From positions 1 through 29,678 of the IMG/VR virus record IMGVR_UViG_3300021962_000456: 29,678 nt of DNA; one strand, given 5' to 3'. The notes under the pieces were generated by a model that worked only from the letters and a program-made list of their open reading frames with translations, did no database searches and was not told the DNA's origin. The position numbers were made by a program, and so were the translations under genes. This DNA is from a virus (Duplodnaviria > Caudoviricetes). Of the stretch, positions 1-7,189 are shown piece by piece; the stretch's first letter is position 1; each line of letters begins with the position of its first letter.

Positions 1-1
1 C

Positions 2-142
2 GAGGCTTGGTATATGCTACCAAATGATTGTAAAGTAATAATGAAAGACTTGAAGAAAAGTTTCATTGATAGTTTGGAAGCGGATATTCAAGGCGCTATA
101 GACAAGGCTTGGAATTCAGGTTTTTCAAATGGATTACATTAA
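2..142 (+). CDS. 5'-truncated hypothetical ORF (EAWYMLPND...GFSNGLH*) on the alternative assembly branch
   Basis: Frame open from base 2 to TAA 140-142, which overlaps the start of the junction motif. Confidence 0.6.
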   Translation, partial: EAWYMLPNDCKVIMKDLKKSFIDSLEADIQGAIDKAWNSGFSNGLH

Positions 143-167
143 CCTTTAAACAACAAGAACAATGAAA
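141..167 (+). repeat. 27-bp junction motif AACCTTTAAACAACAAGAACAATGAAA
   Basis: Exact copies at 953-979 and 29553-29579. Confidence 0.95.
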
Positions 168-266
168 GAATTAACTAAATACCAATTAAAAATAATTGAA
201 GCACTTAAATTAGGTGCTATATTACAATCTAATGAGGGTAAAGACTATAAAACGTGGCTTATTTAT
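141..266 (+). repeat. 126-bp direct repeat, copy 1 (circularisation overlap)
   Basis: Identical to 29553-29678. Confidence 0.97.
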
Positions 267-377
267 CCAAATGGAGATAAGTTAACAGTTAGAAGAGACT
301 CCGCAGAAAAAGTATGTGAGATTTATGACAGGCAATTAATTTTTGGAGAACATCTTGGTATAAGATGGAGATATTAG
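162..377 (+). CDS. Hypothetical protein (71 aa, cassette-like)
   Basis: ATG supplied by the junction motif. Confidence 0.8.
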   Translation: MKELTKYQLKIIEALKLGAILQSNEGKDYKTWLIYPNGDKLTVRRDSAEKVCEIYDRQLIFGEHLGIRWRY

Positions 378-400
378 TAACAATTTAAAATCAAAATAAG

Positions 401-562
401 ATGAAAAAAGAAGCACAAACATTTGAAGAAGCGGTAAAGCCATTAATGAAATGGTTATGCGAGAACAAGCACCCACACACAACGGCGATTGTAACGGGCA
501 ACCTTGCAGAGTTAGTTGAAGGAGTAGAGCTTGTAAAGACGGATGAATTTATTGTAGACTAA
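401..562 (+). CDS. Small hypothetical protein (53 aa, MKKEAQTFEEAVKPLMKWLCENKHPH...)
   Basis: Manually translated ORF with A-rich start; fills the gap; stop overlaps a partial junction motif. Confidence 0.8.
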   Translation: MKKEAQTFEEAVKPLMKWLCENKHPHTTAIVTGNLAELVEGVELVKTDEFIVD

Positions 563-580
563 ACAACAAGAAGAATGAAA
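560..580 (+). repeat. Partial junction motif TAAACAACAAGAAGAATGAAA
   Basis: 20/21 match to the 3' part of the 27-bp motif; spans the stop of 401-562 and the ATG at 575. Confidence 0.85.
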
Positions 581-736
581 GATATAGAAAAGATTAAAAG
601 TGAATTGATTGCAATTCAAGATTTTTTAAAAGACAAGCAGTTGTGCATTGTTATTACAAAAGATAGCATTGAGTGTTTATCATCAGATTCACAAGTACAG
701 AATATTAATTTTAATAACAAGAATGATGAAGAATAA
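575..736 (+). CDS. Small hypothetical protein (53 aa, MKDIEKIKSELIAIQDF...)
   Basis: Manually translated ORF starting inside the partial motif. Confidence 0.7.
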   Translation: MKDIEKIKSELIAIQDFLKDKQLCIVITKDSIECLSSDSQVQNINFNNKNDEE

Positions 737-977
737 AATATTTAAGTTACTATATATTAAGCAAGAAAAGCAATATGAAGATGCGTATGGAACTTGGATT
801 AAATTTAGAATCAACCCATTTAATCCACTGACATATGTAGTTATTATTTTCGGACTATTAACGGGTTTAATTATGTTTGGGATAGTTGGAATTTGGAGAG
901 AAATTGATACAACAAATCCCTTTAAATGGAATGAATATCAAATTAGTGAAAGAACCTTTAAACAACAAGAACAATGA
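723..977 (+). CDS. Hypothetical membrane protein ending in TFKQQEQ
   Basis: ATG at 723/726 preferred over 648; hydrophobic segment YVVIIFGLLTGLIMFGIVGIW. Confidence 0.75.
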   Translation: MMKNKIFKLLYIKQEKQYEDAYGTWIKFRINPFNPLTYVVIIFGLLTGLIMFGIVGIWREIDTTNPFKWNEYQISERTFKQQEQ

Positions 978-979
978 AA
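953..979 (+). repeat. 27-bp junction motif, exact copy
   Basis: Identical to 141-167; ATGA couples the stop of 723-977 to the start at 974. Confidence 0.95.
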
Positions 980-1087
980 CTAAACAAAGACGATAGAAGA
1001 GAAGAAATGGCAGCTTATGGAACTATGGCTATTCTCGCAGTAGGTTTAATGCTAATAATCTACGCAATATTTTGTAACCTTAATTAA
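974..1087 (+). CDS. Small single-TM protein (37 aa, MKLNKDDRREEMAAYGTMAILAVGLMLIIYAIFCNLN)
   Basis: Manually translated; ATGA overlap; hydrophobic C-terminal half. Confidence 0.7.
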   Translation: MKLNKDDRREEMAAYGTMAILAVGLMLIIYAIFCNLN

Positions 1088-1095
1088 TATATACA

Positions 1096-1320
1096 ATGGA
1101 AAACAAGTTAAACACTGGAGCAATCTTTAAAAACGACAAAAAGACGAGCGACAAGCACCCTGATTACAGAGGTAAAGTAAACGTAAACGGCAAAGAAATG
1201 GAAGTAGCTCTTTGGGTAAAGCAAGGTAAGAACGGAAGTTACTTCTCAGCTTCATTCAGCGAGCCGTATGTTGCTCCTCAAGTTACACCAGTAGAAACTG
1301 ATAACGATCTTCCTTTCTGA
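1096..1320 (+). CDS. Putative single-stranded DNA-binding protein (DUF736-like)
   Basis: FKNDKK...HPDYRG...ALW motif and acidic SSB-type C-terminal tip DNDLPF. Confidence 0.7.
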   Translation: MENKLNTGAIFKNDKKTSDKHPDYRGKVNVNGKEMEVALWVKQGKNGSYFSASFSEPYVAPQVTPVETDNDLPF

Positions 1321-1321
1321 T

Positions 1322-1543
1322 ATGTACATAGACGATTTATCACTCCGAAAGCAACTGCAACGAATCCTACTTGTAAAAACACGGAATAGGATAGTCCAAG
1401 AAATAAAGCTATCAGGAAACAAGATGCACTCATTCCAATTAGATAACTTCTTAAACGGAAAGGACGTAACATTAAGCACCTTGAACAAGATAGATACTTA
1501 TGTTTCAAGAGAGATTTACTTAAACAATTTAGAGCCACTTTAA
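1322..1543 (+). CDS. Putative Cro/XRE-like HTH DNA-binding protein
   Basis: LDNFLNGKDVTLSTLNKI resembles the HTH C-terminal portion. Confidence 0.5.
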   Translation: MYIDDLSLRKQLQRILLVKTRNRIVQEIKLSGNKMHSFQLDNFLNGKDVTLSTLNKIDTYVSREIYLNNLEPL

Positions 1544-1560
1544 CAGGTGGCTTTTTTATT
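1533..1560 (+). terminator. Rho-independent terminator
   Basis: AGCCACTT-taac-AGGTGGCT hairpin followed by a T tract. Confidence 0.8.
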
Positions 1561-1565
1561 TATAC

Positions 1566-1595
1566 TTGCGTGATTAGAATTTAATCTTATATTTG
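1566..1595 (+). promoter_or_regulatory. Bacteroidota housekeeping-sigma promoter upstream of the sigma gene
   Basis: TTG (1566-68), 19-nt spacer, TATATTTG (1588-95). Confidence 0.75.
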
Positions 1596-1611
1596 TTTAG
1601 AAATTAGTCAA

Positions 1612-2139
1612 ATGGATGCACTTAAAATATTAGCAGACCACCACAAAGAATGGGTAAAGATAGTCCGTTCATTTGGAGAGCAAGATCTTGCAGAGGATGT
1701 TGTTCAGGATGTTTACATCAGAATTGTCAAGTATAACTACGAGGAAAAAATAATCAAAGACGGAAAACCAAACATAGCTTTGATGTGGATGATGCTAAGA
1801 AATAGAGCATTTGAAATAAACAAAACTGGTAGTGTTCAGTTTTTATCTTTAGACGAATTAAGAGGAGTAGCAGACGAAGAGTCTGAGTTAGATAAACACG
1901 AAGCCACGGAAAGAATACACGAGATAATAAACAAAGAGATAGATAACTGGCATTGGTATGATGCTATGCTATTCAAAGTTTATAAGGAAGGAAAGGCATC
2001 AATGAGAGACATAGCTAAAGACTCAGGAATCAGTTTGACCTCGATATTTAACACGCTCAAGAACTGCAAACAAAGATTGAAAGACAACGTAGGTGAGGAC
2101 TACGAGGACTATAGTAATAACGATTTTGATTTAATATAA
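1612..2139 (+). CDS. ECF-type (sigma-70 family) RNA polymerase sigma factor
   Basis: Region 2 motif AEDVVQDVYIRI; region 4 HTH SMRDIAKDSGISLTSIFNTLKNCK. Confidence 0.85.
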   Translation: MDALKILADHHKEWVKIVRSFGEQDLAEDVVQDVYIRIVKYNYEEKIIKDGKPNIALMWMMLRNRAFEINKTGSVQFLSLDELRGVADEESELDKHEATERIHEIINKEIDNWHWYDAMLFKVYKEGKASMRDIAKDSGISLTSIFNTLKNCKQRLKDNVGEDYEDYSNNDFDLI

Positions 2140-2315
2140 TGTTTAGAAATATACTTGAAGTATTAGAGCAAGAACTGCAATCTCGAAAAGATAGGGCAAG
2201 ACAAAACTATGATCTATTTGCAGAAGTTCAGTTAGAAAACAAACGCTTAAAAGAAGAAAACGAAATGCTTCGAAAGGATTTAGCAGAATTAAGTAAACAA
2301 AACTTTAAAAAATAA
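2139..2315 (+). CDS. Small coiled-coil protein (58 aa, MFRNILEVLEQELQ...)
   Basis: Manually translated; TAATG overlap with the sigma stop. Confidence 0.7.
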   Translation: MFRNILEVLEQELQSRKDRARQNYDLFAEVQLENKRLKEENEMLRKDLAELSKQNFKK

Positions 2316-2318
2316 CAA

Positions 2319-2684
2319 ATGGCAAAAACACGAAAGAAAGCTCAAGGATTAGGAGACACCATAGAGCAAATAACCGAGATCACAGGCATCAAAAAACTTG
2401 TTGAATTTGTAGCAGGTGAGGACTGCGGATGCGATGAGCGTAAGAAGAAACTAAACGAGTTGTTTCCATATCGCAAACCTGAATGTTTAACGGAGGAGGA
2501 GTATAATTGGCTTACGGAAACACGAATCCTTGAACAACAAACATTCAAACCTACTGAAGTAACAATAGTCAGAGAAATATACTCACGAGTAATGAAGATA
2601 CGTTTAGAGCCGTCCTCTTGCGCTTCTTGTTTTAGAGAGATAGTATTCAACCTAAGAAAGATTTACCAAGCATACGAAGGATAA
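2319..2684 (+). CDS. Hypothetical Cys-containing phage protein
   Basis: GLGDT...DCGC..RK motif and C-terminal CxxC. Confidence 0.75.
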   Translation: MAKTRKKAQGLGDTIEQITEITGIKKLVEFVAGEDCGCDERKKKLNELFPYRKPECLTEEEYNWLTETRILEQQTFKPTEVTIVREIYSRVMKIRLEPSSCASCFREIVFNLRKIYQAYEG

Positions 2685-2710
2685 GAATTAAATATTAATT
2701 TCTTTTAATT

Positions 2711-2986
2711 ATGGATAAGCGAAAAAATAACGGAGGACATAGCACCAAAGCAAAAGGAATTGACAAACGTAAAAACAACTACCGAACTGCTATTGATGCA
2801 GCGTTAACTGAGGATGATGTGCAACTTATACTAAGAAGATGTAAGGATATTGCATTGAGTGAAGATAAAGACCGTATGTCAGCTTTAAAAATTCTATTAG
2901 AGTACACACTTGGAAAACCTCATCAAACCATCAGCGAACAAATAGAGCATACTATTCAAACAATCGACATGAATAAATGGTTATAG
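2711..2986 (+). CDS. terS: Putative terminase small subunit
   Basis: Directly upstream of and overlapping terL; MDKRKNNGG start; ALKILLEYTLGKP motif. Confidence 0.65.
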   Translation: MDKRKNNGGHSTKAKGIDKRKNNYRTAIDAALTEDDVQLILRRCKDIALSEDKDRMSALKILLEYTLGKPHQTISEQIEHTIQTIDMNKWL

Positions 2987-4245
2987 CAAAACCACATTTA
3001 ACGGATTACCAAAAAAATATTTTATTTAGTAAGGCAAGATTTACAATTACTGAGGCGAGTACCAAAGTAGGTAAAACTCACAGTCATATTTTATGGTTGT
3101 TTGGTAAGGCAATGGAATCACAATCCTCAACAGGTAAAAATTATTGGTGGGTAGCTCCTGTATATAATCAAACAAAAATTGCATTTAAACGATTAAGAAG
3201 AAACCTGTATAATGTAGATGGATTTAAGTTCAATGAAACAACATTGATAATTACCTGCCCAAATGGTGCTGAGATACATTTTAAGAGTGCTGAGAAGCCA
3301 GATAACTTATTTGGTGAAGATGTTTACGCTTGTGTATTTGATGAAGCGCCACGAGCAAGAGAAGAGGCTTGGTTTGCTTTGCGTTCAACGTTAACTGCAA
3401 CTGAAGCTCAATGTAAATTAATTGGAAACTTTGGGGGTATTAGTAATTGGGTGCATAAACTAAAAGAGAAATCTAAAAGCGACCCTATGTATGAATATTT
3501 TAGGGTTACTTGTTGGGATGCTATTCGAGAAGGAATTTTAAGTCAAGAAGAGGTAGAGCAAGCAAAGAAAGATTTACCTGAAAAGATATTTAAAGAATTG
3601 TACGAAGCGGAAGCAAGTGAAGACGAAGGTCAGTTAATTGCTAATGAATCAATATCTAAGCTATTTTCAAATACTCATATTGCAGAAGGTATAAAATACA
3701 TTACTGCTGATATTGCACGATTAGGAAATGATAAGACAGTTATTTGTGTGTGGGATGGGTTGCGAGTTGTTGAAGTTGTTGAAAAGCAAACATCATTAGT
3801 AACCGAATCGGCAAACATAATTACGGAACTAAAGAATAAATACAATGTTAACACTAACAATATTCTTTGTGATGAAGATGGTGTTGGAGGTGGTGTTGTT
3901 GACATATTGAAATGTCAAGGATTTGTAAATAATTCACGCCCTATTAAGGTATCTGGTAAAGACGAGAACTTTGCCAACTTAAAAACTCAATGTTATTATA
4001 AATTAGCTGAGTATATTAATAGAAATGAAATATATGTTAAGTGCAATTCAACCGTTGAAAGATTTTTGACTCAGGAACTTGAATATGTACGATTAGCAAA
4101 AACATTAGATGCTAATAAAATATCACTACTATCAAAAGACGAAATAAAAAAAAATATAGGACGTTCTCCCGATTACAGCGATGCGTTAATGATGAGAATG
4201 TACTACTTAGTAAATAAAAACTATGGACAATACAACATCCGATGA
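2977..4245 (+). CDS. terL: Terminase large subunit
   Basis: Walker A variant ASTKVGKT, Walker B CVFDEA, nuclease motifs ADIARLGNDKT and PDYSDAL. Confidence 0.92.
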   Translation: MVIAKPHLTDYQKNILFSKARFTITEASTKVGKTHSHILWLFGKAMESQSSTGKNYWWVAPVYNQTKIAFKRLRRNLYNVDGFKFNETTLIITCPNGAEIHFKSAEKPDNLFGEDVYACVFDEAPRAREEAWFALRSTLTATEAQCKLIGNFGGISNWVHKLKEKSKSDPMYEYFRVTCWDAIREGILSQEEVEQAKKDLPEKIFKELYEAEASEDEGQLIANESISKLFSNTHIAEGIKYITADIARLGNDKTVICVWDGLRVVEVVEKQTSLVTESANIITELKNKYNVNTNNILCDEDGVGGGVVDILKCQGFVNNSRPIKVSGKDENFANLKTQCYYKLAEYINRNEIYVKCNSTVERFLTQELEYVRLAKTLDANKISLLSKDEIKKNIGRSPDYSDALMMRMYYLVNKNYGQYNIR

Positions 4246-4408
4246 GCTACCTAAAATGGTTAGGGTAGTTGAGCAGTACATCAAAGATAAGACTGGTAAA
4301 AGAGTTCATATCGTGTTCAATGACATCTTCAATGTAAGAAGGCACACTCAGATGTTAGCTCAAGCTTACGCCTATGTGTTACAAAAAGACGAATCACAAG
4401 TTAAATAA
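4223..4408 (+). CDS. Hypothetical protein (61 aa)
   Basis: ORF filling the gap between terL and 4411. Confidence 0.6.
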   Translation: MDNTTSDELPKMVRVVEQYIKDKTGKRVHIVFNDIFNVRRHTQMLAQAYAYVLQKDESQVK

Positions 4409-4413
4409 ATATG
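4381..4413 (+). promoter_or_regulatory. Candidate late-promoter motif abutting ATG
   Basis: ACA...AGTT-AAATAAAT-ATG; same layout before 11595, 12789 and 15427. Confidence 0.5.
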
Positions 4414-5166
4414 GAAGTACAAATAAAAGTACCTACGAGCCTAAACGAAATACCTCTAAAGCACTACCAAGACTTTTTGAGTATGCAAAAGAACTCTACT
4501 GATGAGGAGTTCATAGCTCAAAAGATGGTAGAGATATTCTGCGGAATAAGGTTAAGTGATGTAGCCAAGATAAAGCTAACCTCACTCAATGAGTTGATAG
4601 TTCACTTTACTGAATTGTTCAATCAAAAGCCTGAGTTTACTCCTACGTTTAAAATTAAGGATATGGAGTTCGGTTTCATTCCTGAACTTGAAGAGATAAC
4701 TTTCGGTGAGTATGTCGATTTAGACAATCACTTGCAGAGTTGGGATAACTTCCATAAAGCGATGGCGGTTTTGTATCGACCTATCAAAACACGAAAGAAG
4801 GATAAATACGAAATAATAGACTACGATCCAAACATAGGACTGCAAGACTTAATGAAGTTCGCTCCCTTGGATGTATGCATAGGAGCATCGCTTTTTTTTT
4901 GGACTTTAGAAAGCGACTTACTTCAAGCTACCCTGAACTATTTGGAGACGGAGATGACGAAGGACAAGACGTTGTCGCAGACTTTAGCGAAACAACTCAA
5001 TTCAGTAAAAGATGGGGATGGTATCAAAGCCTTTATGCAATCGCTCAAGGAGACATCACAAAGTTTGATGCTATTGCCAAGTCAAGACTTACTCGGTGTC
5101 TCACCTATCTCACGTTTGAGAAGCAAAAAAACGAAATCGAAAAAAGACAATTTGAAAGACAACTAA
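4411..5166 (+). CDS. Putative tail assembly chaperone (frame-0 product)
   Basis: Contains a T9 slippery run with an open -1 frame; precedes tail genes. Confidence 0.6.
   Translation: MEVQIKVPTSLNEIPLKHYQDFLSMQKNSTDEEFIAQKMVEIFCGIRLSDVAKIKLTSLNELIVHFTELFNQKPEFTPTFKIKDMEFGFIPELEEITFGEYVDLDNHLQSWDNFHKAMAVLYRPIKTRKKDKYEIIDYDPNIGLQDLMKFAPLDVCIGASLFFWTLESDLLQATLNYLETEMTKDKTLSQTLAKQLNSVKDGDGIKAFMQSLKETSQSLMLLPSQDLLGVSPISRLRSKKTKSKKDNLKDN
4891..4900 (+). other. Putative programmed -1 frameshift site (CTT TTT TTT TGG)
   Basis: In-phase T TTT TTT heptamer at 4893-4899; -1 frame open to 5174. Confidence 0.7.
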
Positions 5167-5174
5167 GACGATGA
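4899..5174 (+). CDS. -1 frameshift extension of the 4411 ORF (LDFRKRL...WGWYQSLYAIAQGDITKF...)
   Basis: Protein-like -1 frame whose stop overlaps the ATG at 5171 (ATGA). Confidence 0.7.
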   Translation: MDFRKRLTSSYPELFGDGDDEGQDVVADFSETTQFSKRWGWYQSLYAIAQGDITKFDAIAKSRLTRCLTYLTFEKQKNEIEKRQFERQLRR

Positions 5175-5626
5175 AAGGATTTTACGATATAACAACATCA
5201 CTACGCAACCACTTCACAACGGATGCCATAGTAAACACGGTAACCGAAGGAGATATCTTTGAGGTAGATTTAAACAAGCAGACAATCTTTCCACTGGTGC
5301 ATATGATGGTAAACAATGCAACATTTGAAACCAACGTTGTACGCTTCAACATTTCGCTCATAGCAATGGACATTGTCAACATATCAAAAGACGAAACTAC
5401 GGATATATTCAGAGGTAACTCCAATGAGCAAGACGTACTCAATACTCAGTTAGAAGTATTAAACCGAGCTTATGCGATGTTATTACACGGTGACTTGTGG
5501 GATGACAAATACGTTGTTGACGGCAATCCTACCTGTGAGCCATTTACTGAGAGATTTGAAAACTACTTAGCAGGATGGACTATGACTCTTGACATCCTAA
5601 TCCCAAATGAGGTAACTATCTGCTGA
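5171..5626 (+). CDS. Putative tail terminator/completion protein
   Basis: 151 aa; FPLVHM and GWTMTLDI beta-type motifs; tail context. Confidence 0.55.
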   Translation: MKGFYDITTSLRNHFTTDAIVNTVTEGDIFEVDLNKQTIFPLVHMMVNNATFETNVVRFNISLIAMDIVNISKDETTDIFRGNSNEQDVLNTQLEVLNRAYAMLLHGDLWDDKYVVDGNPTCEPFTERFENYLAGWTMTLDILIPNEVTIC

Positions 5627-6147
5627 TGCAACAAGAGGAAGTTAAAAAGGCTTTAGAGCGGTTTAGAAAGCACGTTGTTAGTCAAGCTAAACGCAACCTA
5701 ACGAATAAGCAAAAGAATTCGTCTAAGAAGCTATATAACTCAATTCAAGGAGAATTACACGTTCATAAGAATAGTTTTACTCTTGAGTTCTCAATGGAGG
5801 ACTACGGAGTTTTTCAGGATGCTGGTGTAAGTGGTAAAAACAAGAAGTACAATACGCCTTATTCATATAAATCAAAGATGCCTCCTCCAAGAGCATTTGA
5901 AGATTGGGTTAAGCGTAAAGGTTTAAAGGGTAGGAATAACAAAGGTCAGTTTATTAAAACTAAAACTCTGACATTTTTAATTGCTCGTAGTATTTATAAA
6001 AAAGGAATCAAACCGAGTTTGTTTTTTACAAGACCATTTGAGGCGGCTTATAAGAATCTTCCTGAGGAGCTTGTAGAAAAATACGGATTAGATGCGATAC
6101 AATTATTCAACGAACAAATAGACGAAATACTAAAACAAAATGGCTAA
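5626..6147 (+). CDS. Putative neck/tail completion protein (HK97 gp10-like)
   Basis: Basic; LYNSI, YGVFQDAG and GIKPSLFF motifs. Confidence 0.55.
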   Translation: MQQEEVKKALERFRKHVVSQAKRNLTNKQKNSSKKLYNSIQGELHVHKNSFTLEFSMEDYGVFQDAGVSGKNKKYNTPYSYKSKMPPPRAFEDWVKRKGLKGRNNKGQFIKTKTLTFLIARSIYKKGIKPSLFFTRPFEAAYKNLPEELVEKYGLDAIQLFNEQIDEILKQNG

Positions 6148-7189
6148 CATAAATGCAAGGAGTCCTTACATCGTAACAATAAACGAAACAGGGCAAATAG
6201 AAACGAAATTAGAAATCTACCTTTGGAATGGCTCAGGCTCAATGCCTACCACACCTCAATACACGCTTTCTAAGCTCATTCCATCGTCAAACAATCCTGC
6301 AACTTACTACGACATTTCTCCGTACATTAGAGAGTACATTTCTCACGCATCATTGCAGACGATCACAACGATAATATCTGCTACTCCATCAACTCAATGG
6401 TGCAACATTGGACTCAAGCTATTCAAGAAAGTATCTACGAGTTTCATTCAAGTAGGCACAACGCAAACGCACTTCGGTTTAGATGGCTATGGATTCTATT
6501 TAGACGGAGCAAATCCTGCTTTGGGTAACTACCTATTGAGCGAAGGAACTTATACTTACAATTACAACTTATCAGGTGAGTACGGATGGGTAACGCTTTA
6601 TACTGGTAGCGGTAATTCAGTTCGATATACTAACCTTTCATCAGGTGCAACATCGGTATCAGCACTAACGAACAACGAATGGAGAGATATTCCAAGAGTA
6701 AGAAGTGGTAACCACGCTGATGGTAACACATTTGAAATCATTGACGGCAGTTCTAACGTGCTTTATAAATCTATTTTCGTACCTAAGGAGGAGTGCAAGT
6801 ACACGCCAATTCAAATAGACTTTGTAAATAAGTTTGGAGCGTGGCAACGTGAGTGGTTTTTTAAAGCATCTTACAACGGATTGAGCGTTGAAAACACGGA
6901 ATATAATTTGATGCCTAATACCTATCCCACATACGATACTAAAGAAGGACAAAGAAAGGTATTTAACGCTAACGGCAAGGAGACTCTCAAAGTAAACACC
7001 GATTGGGTGTCTGAAAGTTTCAACGAGGTAGTTAAACAAATGATGTTAAGTGAAAGAATCCTGATTGACAAGAAGGCAGCCAAGCTAAACACGAAATCAA
7101 TAGACCTTAAGAAATCTATCAACACGAGTTTAATTAGCTACGAGATGGAGTTTGAATACGCATTTGATACAATTAATTCAGTAGTGTAA
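6140..7189 (+). CDS. Structural tail/baseplate protein
   Basis: 349 aa; ARSPY start, FVNKFGAW motif; tail context. Confidence 0.6.
   Translation: MANINARSPYIVTINETGQIETKLEIYLWNGSGSMPTTPQYTLSKLIPSSNNPATYYDISPYIREYISHASLQTITTIISATPSTQWCNIGLKLFKKVSTSFIQVGTTQTHFGLDGYGFYLDGANPALGNYLLSEGTYTYNYNLSGEYGWVTLYTGSGNSVRYTNLSSGATSVSALTNNEWRDIPRVRSGNHADGNTFEIIDGSSNVLYKSIFVPKEECKYTPIQIDFVNKFGAWQREWFFKASYNGLSVENTEYNLMPNTYPTYDTKEGQRKVFNANGKETLKVNTDWVSESFNEVVKQMMLSERILIDKKAAKLNTKSIDLKKSINTSLISYEMEFEYAFDTINSVV

Noticed and set aside
648-722. Extended N-termini in the ORF track (648, 12513, 19500, 20913, 22783, 27128)
   Set aside because: They overlap upstream genes; downstream ATGs with A-rich leaders or ATGA coupling fit better.
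141-979. Junction repeats as a CRISPR array or integron attC sites
   Set aside because: Spacing is irregular and gene-sized, the repeats are not palindromic, and no cas gene or tyrosine integrase is present.
1322-1543. Lysogeny module
   Set aside because: A lone HTH gene with no integrase, divergent repressor or partition genes; lifestyle cannot be called.
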